Source: a virus
Lineage: Duplodnaviria; Caudoviricetes
Length of the DNA: 51,079 nucleotides
Virus record (IMG/VR): IMGVR_UViG_3300006893_000011
Span: 1-51,079 of that record
Direction: 5' to 3' (one strand)
This document shows positions 45,919-51,079 of this stretch, in pieces. A program made the translations under genes and the position numbers. The notes beneath the pieces were generated by a model. That model did not search any database and was not told where the DNA came from. It worked only from the letters and a program-made list of their open reading frames with translations. Numbering within the stretch: position 1 is the stretch's first letter; each line of letters opens with the position of its first letter.

Positions 45919-46657
45919 CGGGGCGGCCCATGTCAGTGAGTCACGTGCCGGCCACGTGACAGAGGCGGCGGACGAATGCCGCGACCGTGGCGCCACGCCG
46001 CGCGGAGGAATGCCGGCGGAATGCAGCCTATTCTGCAAATAACATCCGCAAAGTCTAAGCTATTGATAATGCTCGCCTGCTGATTCCTTGCGAAACTTCT
46101 AATATTTGCAATTCCTGGGGTGAATCCTGGGTGTATTCATTGTGCCCGATGAAAAAGCTGGGGCGAATCATAAGTCTACCCTCTCCGCTCTTGCTTACCA
46201 GCAATGCCGCAAGCGATAGCCGCAGCAGCCCGCAAGCAAGCCGCAGCAGCCGGTTCGAAAGAAAGATTGCGCTATCTCGAAAATAACCGTTGACAAGCTC
46301 GCCGCAGCGGTTCATATTCATACCATCGGAAGCAAGCGAACGGAGCAGCGAACGAGCGCAAAAGGAACACAAAAGGAACGGAGCGGCTAAGGTCAGAAGG
46401 GGGTATTGCCTTCATGTAACTAAAGGCAAACAGGAGTCTCGTCGGGCCAAGGAACCGCGCCGACTCCCTCCCACATTTACATCGTTCCCCATCTAAATCG
46501 AACTACCACCCTACCCTCGTTTTCCAGGATGATGCCGGGGGTCTGATTCGGAGCATACCCCACCCCCACCTACCGGAGGAAAATCGTATGCGCCGGCCGA
46601 TGGAACTTTTTTCCTCTTGCCAAACCGGTGTAGGTGTGGGGGTATATGCGGATATGG

Positions 46658-46990
46658 ATGGTTTCAAAATTATCAGCCGTGAAGAACGCCGTTACAGCAC
46701 AGCAGTCGTATGAGCGGTGTGCCCAGACGGCACCGCGGACACATAACATGCCTACGCTGGAGCAGCGCGCCCAACAGAAGGCTCAGATCACGGAAGCCGC
46801 CAAGGAGGTCGCGAACAAGATTCTCCTGCTTAACCAGGAAATGCCGAACGGTAAGCGCATGCGCTACTGCACCGGCGCCGAAATGGCCAAGTTCGGCAAG
46901 GGTTATAAGCGTATCGCCAAGAAGGTAGGCTCAACGAAGATCGTCGGTTCGGTGTTAGATGAGAGCCAGGTCCGCGACCTGATGTCGTAA
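46658..46990 (+). CDS. phage hypothetical protein
   Basis: Basic ORF; start uncertain. Confidence 0.5.
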   Translation: MVSKLSAVKNAVTAQQSYERCAQTAPRTHNMPTLEQRAQQKAQITEAAKEVANKILLLNQEMPNGKRMRYCTGAEMAKFGKGYKRIAKKVGSTKIVGSVLDESQVRDLMS

Positions 46991-47232
46991 GTTGACGTTC
47001 TGGTGCGGGTGCTTGACAAGTTGACGTTGGTTCTGGTAAATACCCGCAATAGTGATCCGAATCATGACGCGCGCCGAGATCAAGGACTATCGCGACCGGT
47101 GTGGATGATGGAAGAAGTTTTTTTATTTGGCGGATTGTTATTTGGCGGATTGTTAGGCTTCTTGCTCGGTATTCTTGCTGGGATAGAGATTGAACGTGGG
47201 CGACGGTTGCCGAAGCCAATCAAGGGGACAAC

Positions 47233-47655
47233 ATGAACAAGCGCCGATTATTGAAGCTCGCAGCGCTGCTGGAGGCCGATGCCAAGAACCGTAAAGGCGT
47301 CAGATTCGACTATCAGCAATGGGCGTATCTCCGCAATGAAAAGGCTCCGATATCCTGCGATACGACGGCTTGCGCTCTTGGTCTGGCTGCAATCAGCGGC
47401 GCCTTCCGTCGCGCCGGCGGTTTGAGCTATTATCGTATTTTCGACGGCAAGATCGAGTTCACCGTGAACGGTTTTCTTACTTCAGCTCTGAATGCCGCTG
47501 AGACGGTATTTGATCTCGCGGCCGCCGAGGCGAGGTTCATCTTCGTTCCGCATGGCGGCGATCTCTTTATTGGTGCTCGGGCTGAGCGTGCTGTTGCCAA
47601 GAAAATCCGCAAGTTCGTTGCCGGCGAGATCGCACTGGTGGCGACGGCATGGTGA
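47233..47655 (+). CDS. phage hypothetical protein
   Basis: RLLKLA..LE...FD...W...C.TTACALG; RBS and ATGA coupling. Confidence 0.65.
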   Translation: MNKRRLLKLAALLEADAKNRKGVRFDYQQWAYLRNEKAPISCDTTACALGLAAISGAFRRAGGLSYYRIFDGKIEFTVNGFLTSALNAAETVFDLAAAEARFIFVPHGGDLFIGARAERAVAKKIRKFVAGEIALVATAW

Positions 47656-48183
47656 TATCGGGAGTGCGAGAAATGAGAAATCTCGACCAGGCATTGCAGG
47701 ACAAGCTGCTCGAAGTGCTCTCCGTTGGCATCACGGACGACGCTATGAAGTCCGTCAAGAAAGCCGTCCGAGTACATTGGATGGCCCGGCCGGAGCGATG
47801 GAATCTATTGGGGCCGGCAGCGTGAAGACCATGAATGGCACCCGGTCATTCATGGAAGCTGCATGAATGGGCTTTCATTGACCTGCGTCGGCAGATCGTC
47901 GACGCCCATCGCGATCTGCTTGTCAATGAGCGCATTCGCGATCTGGAGGACCAGGTCAAGTCGCTTGTCGCTCAGGTCAACAAGGTCATCGCTGAGAAAG
48001 ACGCCATGTGGGAGCGCGTCCGTAGTCGCGAGTTCTCCTGATGGCCCTAGAGGTCGAGGTGCGCGCTCGCAAGATCGCGTCGCCCCGGCAGGATAGGTCC
48101 CATAAGCCTTGGGGTGAAGCAAACAGGAGAGCGCAGTGCGGGAAATCTGCATGCTGCGTTCGACGATCAGGAGCCAACGTAAG

Positions 48184-48495
48184 ATGGTCTATCCCAACAC
48201 AGACGAAATTACCAAACAGCAGCCTCACGAAGTTGTAAAGGTGTGGACGTCACCGCCGCCGCCAAAGGGCAAGAAAATTGAAATCACTTTGATGTGGGGT
48301 GATATTGCCCGAGCCTACAAAGTCATGACCATCAAAAATACCACTTGGTATCGTCCCGGAATTTGGCTGTCCGAAGAAATCGTCGGCAAGGTCTGTGAGC
48401 TGCCGGATTGGACAGTCACATTAGCGGCCGATGATCTGTGGAGCAATATCATGAACTTTGTCGGCGGCAAACTACCGGGGATAGCGATACCATGA
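48184..48495 (+). CDS. phage hypothetical protein
   Basis: GGAG RBS before MVYPNT; coupled to the next gene. Confidence 0.55.
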   Translation: MVYPNTDEITKQQPHEVVKVWTSPPPPKGKKIEITLMWGDIARAYKVMTIKNTTWYRPGIWLSEEIVGKVCELPDWTVTLAADDLWSNIMNFVGGKLPGIAIP

Positions 48496-49025
48496 CCGCA
48501 GTTCACGCCTTTCTTCTCCTCGGCGGCCTCGTGGGAATCGACGGCTATGCGGATTCTGCCGGCATGGAGCAATTGATTCCGATGCTCAAGGCGATCGGCG
48601 TCGAGACCAGCATCTACACCTGGGACCACTATGCCGATGCACTGCCGGAAATGTCGGCGCTCCCGGCTGATTGTCGACGTACCGTCATTGGTTACAGCGG
48701 CGGCGGCTCAAGAGCAACCTACCTCGCCAACGAGATGCGGGGGCCGCCACGGATCGATCTCATGGTGCTCTACGATCCGAGCCCAAGATGGCAGATGCAG
48801 GCGATCGGCAGCAACGTCTTCCGCGCGCTCTGTTACCACAACACCAATCCAATGATGCCGTCGCTGTTCGGCTGGCTCGGTGGTGGCAAGCTGGAGGCGA
48901 TCGCTGGCGCCAAGGTTCAGATCGAGACCGTGGAAATTTCGGAGCAGCACCTCCTAGTCCAGCTCAATGGTGACCTGCATAAGCGGACCGTCCGAGAGGT
49001 ACAGAAGCTCTTGGTGGCGGTATGA
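48492..49025 (+). CDS. alpha/beta hydrolase-fold protein
   Basis: VIGYSGGG nucleophile elbow, LYDP, late His. Confidence 0.7.
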   Translation: MTAVHAFLLLGGLVGIDGYADSAGMEQLIPMLKAIGVETSIYTWDHYADALPEMSALPADCRRTVIGYSGGGSRATYLANEMRGPPRIDLMVLYDPSPRWQMQAIGSNVFRALCYHNTNPMMPSLFGWLGGGKLEAIAGAKVQIETVEISEQHLLVQLNGDLHKRTVREVQKLLVAV

Positions 49026-49218
49026 ACGAACTGCTGATGTGGCTCAATGCCGCCTACACCATCCGTCATAACTGCGGCAATCTCGATGAGTTTGACGTTC
49101 TGATAGCGCATCAGAAACGCCGGTTAAAGAAGCTTCTGGTGATGCCGGAGGCGCCATGAGCGGCTCGTGGATTAGGAATAACGGTGCCCGATGACTTGGA
49201 ATAGGGAAACGTATTATT

Positions 49219-49375
49219 GAAAAGAGAGACGGGGGAGGACAAGCCTCCCCCGCAAATACCTCGACTTAGTCAAGCCTTGCGACCCACAGCACTAAGCAAG
49301 TGATCAGGGTTACCTGACGACGTCGGCACTATTGAACACCACGACGGGTACCCTCAGTCGATCTGCGCCGACATG
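49219..49375 (-). ncRNA. candidate structured small RNA
   Basis: TTGACC at 49407-49402; several hairpins; terminator CGGGGGAGG/CCTCCCCCG followed by a pyrimidine/U run. Confidence 0.45.
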
Positions 49376-49427
49376 AATTACGTAATATGGCAGGGTTTCT
49401 AGGTCAATGGGTGGTATGGCGCTCTGC

Positions 49428-49456
49428 TTGACAGTGCGGGTAAATGCGGGTATATA
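49428..49456 (+). promoter_or_regulatory. sigma70-type promoter with GCGGGTA direct-repeat operator
   Basis: TTGACA-17-TATATA; GCGGGTA-AAT-GCGGGTA at 49436-49452. Confidence 0.7.
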
Positions 49457-49463
49457 CCGAACT

Positions 49464-49724
49464 AGGCTCTGCCTACGAGGTCACCGTTCGGGTCGGGAGG
49501 AACCATTCCCGTTAAACGTCCTGACGTAACGGCGTGTGCTCGGTGTAAGTGTGGCTGCGGAACGATCGACCTTGGCTTGTCCGTTGTCCTGGTCGGTCGA
49601 CTTCCGTTGCCGTAGGTTGCGCTTCTCCTCGCGGAACTGTGGAGGCACAGTTCATCGTGGAACAGGAAAAATAAATACGGCGTCGCTCGGCGCCGATCGT
49701 CCACCGCGAGGAGCTTTTCTTTTT
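49464..49724 (+). ncRNA. candidate structured ncRNA or 5' leader
   Basis: Nested long-range stems and hairpins ending in a U tract (detailed in findings). Confidence 0.5.
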
Positions 49725-49884
49725 CAGGAGGCCATGATGTTTATCGACCGGAAGGTAAGCGCAATTCAGCGGCGCGTTGGTTTGATGATGGTGGCAATAC
49801 CGGCTGTCCAGTTGGTGTTCCTCACTGCCGTCATTTGGGTGGCGGCGCACTTCCTCGCCAAGTTCTGGTGAAACCAAGGAGGCC

Positions 49885-50103
49885 ATGATGGCGAAGAAGC
49901 ACAAATTTCCTGACACTTTGTACGTCAAGAAGGAAGTGGACGGCAAGTCCGGATACTTCGTTGCTGACGAGAGTGCTGGCTCGCATGCCTTTGTCGGCGA
50001 GAAGGTGCGTGTCGGCATCTACAGCCTTCTTGAAGTCGTCGATATCGGTACGGCCGTGGAAATGTTTTCGGTCGGATTGCGCGAGGAGATGGGGTCGAGA
50101 TAG
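49885..50103 (+). CDS. small phage hypothetical protein
   Basis: AAGGAGG RBS. Confidence 0.65.
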   Translation: MMAKKHKFPDTLYVKKEVDGKSGYFVADESAGSHAFVGEKVRVGIYSLLEVVDIGTAVEMFSVGLREEMGSR

Positions 50104-50379
50104 GGGTTTAATCTGATGATCAAGATCGATACGTTTTGTTGGTGGTTCGGCGTGGATTAGTCCAGTCCGCGTTTGCGTTGGACAGCCCTGGGTGCAGCCC
50201 TGGGTGCAGCGAGGTGGGATACCATAAACTACGGCCCACCAAGCGATCCACCAATAAAGCGTATCGAATCCCGAAAAGCGGGTTATGAGCTGGTCCACCA
50301 TGGTCGCCAGCGGCTCCGCCTTCTCAGACCTCAGCGAAAGCCGGCGGTCTGGGGTCGAGATATGGATTACTAATTTTCG

Positions 50380-50720
50380 CCGTGGCAACTACCCCGGCTA
50401 AGCGGGGCACTAGTCGAAATGGTACTACAAACCTTTGGAGAGAAAAACGTTGGACCGGGGATGCAAAGCCCCGCATCTCCACCACGGACATGCCGCACCG
50501 ATTTGCGCGCTTAAGTCAGGTTGACGTCCTGGCGGCATGTCTCTGATGGGGATGAATCAGGTTCGACAACGTTTGGATGGTCAAAGCTGTACCCGAAGTG
50601 ACGGCCCGTAAGGCAGTCAAGTGAAATGCGAACGACAATTTCGCATCCGCCCAGGACTATGCGCTCGCCGCGTAGCTGGTAACGGGGTTCGGAGGCACCT
50701 GGCAACAGAAGCCTCCACTT
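50380..50720 (+). ncRNA. ssrA: circularly permuted (two-piece, alphaproteobacterial-type) tmRNA
   Basis: Acceptor piece ends with a T-arm and CATCTCC-A-CCA (50474-50484); intervening hairpin 50485-50547; coding piece starts GGGGATG (50548) forming G3:U70; tag ORF 50628-50675 reads ANDNFASAQDYALAA*. Outer ends are approximate. Confidence 0.92.
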
Positions 50721-50742
50721 AATCCCCAAGGACGATCTGATC

Positions 50743-51048
50743 ATGAACGAGCTATTCGAGTTTTACGTGCATGGCGCTGCTTCGATTTATGGTCGCGGCT
50801 CCAAGTCGGACGCTCATAAACTCTGCTCCATGATGAACATGCATCGGTCTCTCGATCGCTTCGACGTCCGAGAGATAGATCAACTTCCGGGCCGGCGGAA
50901 ACCGAAGCCAGCGGTCGTAGATATCGCCGCGGAAATAACGCGGTTTTACTCAGGTAACCGGGGGGGGGGGGGCGCCCTGAAGCACCCATCCGCCAATTTC
51001 CACAAAATCCCCCAAGATTCTTCCGCACGCCCCCCAAGAGCGCCTTGA
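50743..51048 (+). CDS. hypothetical protein (3' part unreliable because of the G homopolymer)
   Basis: AAGGA RBS downstream of the tmRNA. Confidence 0.4.
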   Translation: MNELFEFYVHGAASIYGRGSKSDAHKLCSMMNMHRSLDRFDVREIDQLPGRRKPKPAVVDIAAEITRFYSGNRGGGGALKHPSANFHKIPQDSSARPPRAP

Positions 51049-51079
51049 CGCCGCCCCGCACCGCCCCCGGCAGCCGCAG

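Noticed and set aside
49219-49724. Retron msr-msd or DGR template region
   Set aside because: No reverse transcriptase in the window and no TR/VR pair differing at adenines.
50116-50373. In-frame TAG at 50158 suggesting stop-codon recoding
   Set aside because: Single case; other genes (e.g. 43960-44859, 39504-39941) end normally at TAG and long genes are uninterrupted, so a pseudogene or later start is more likely.
50511-50744. 77-aa minus-strand ORF
   Set aside because: Antisense to the tmRNA, whose structure fully explains the sequence.
1-51079. Structural, terminase and lysis genes, or a host-prophage junction
   Set aside because: None recognised; no run of housekeeping genes, and attP arms are present on both sides of the core.

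Overview
This window is the non-structural half of a temperate phage infecting an alphaproteobacterium, probably Hyphomicrobiales-like. Host assignment rests on a GapR homologue, alpha-type LexA boxes, GANTC arrays and a permuted tmRNA. No capsid, terminase, tail or lysis genes were recognised. Layout from left to right: (1) a leftward accessory operon of small genes with an RlpA-like enzyme and a SAM methyltransferase; (2) a serine resolvase, an intact-looking attP carrying the 5' half of tRNA-Ser(GCT), a tyrosine integrase and an excisionase; (3) a long leftward early operon with RtcB, a SpoT-type HD hydrolase, a DnaA domain IV protein, ExoX, a beta clamp, YqaJ, ERF and HNHs; (4) an immunity switch with an XRE repressor opposite a GapR-led operon; (5) a rightward operon with dNMP kinase, four amino-methyltransferases, RuvC, a Mom/XF1762-like protein, a PhyH dioxygenase, an initiator with iterons, primase, helicase and SSB; (6) a 37-45 kb island of tiny genes under a repeated promoter/operator; (7) a right end rich in non-coding RNA. 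The strongest unannotated signal is a complete circularly permuted (two-piece) tmRNA gene at about 50380-50720, with tag ANDNFASAQDYALAA. It sits in a genome that also encodes RtcB and an alarmone-type hydrolase, and in which about 21 proteins end in the ClpXP degron -AA. Other notable signals are a CCTACCACA motif in front of about 16 start sites, an 11-copy GACTC (GANTC) array, two distinct operator families, LexA boxes inside attP and an 83-bp perfect inverted repeat. All protein calls come from motif recognition by eye; no database searches were run.
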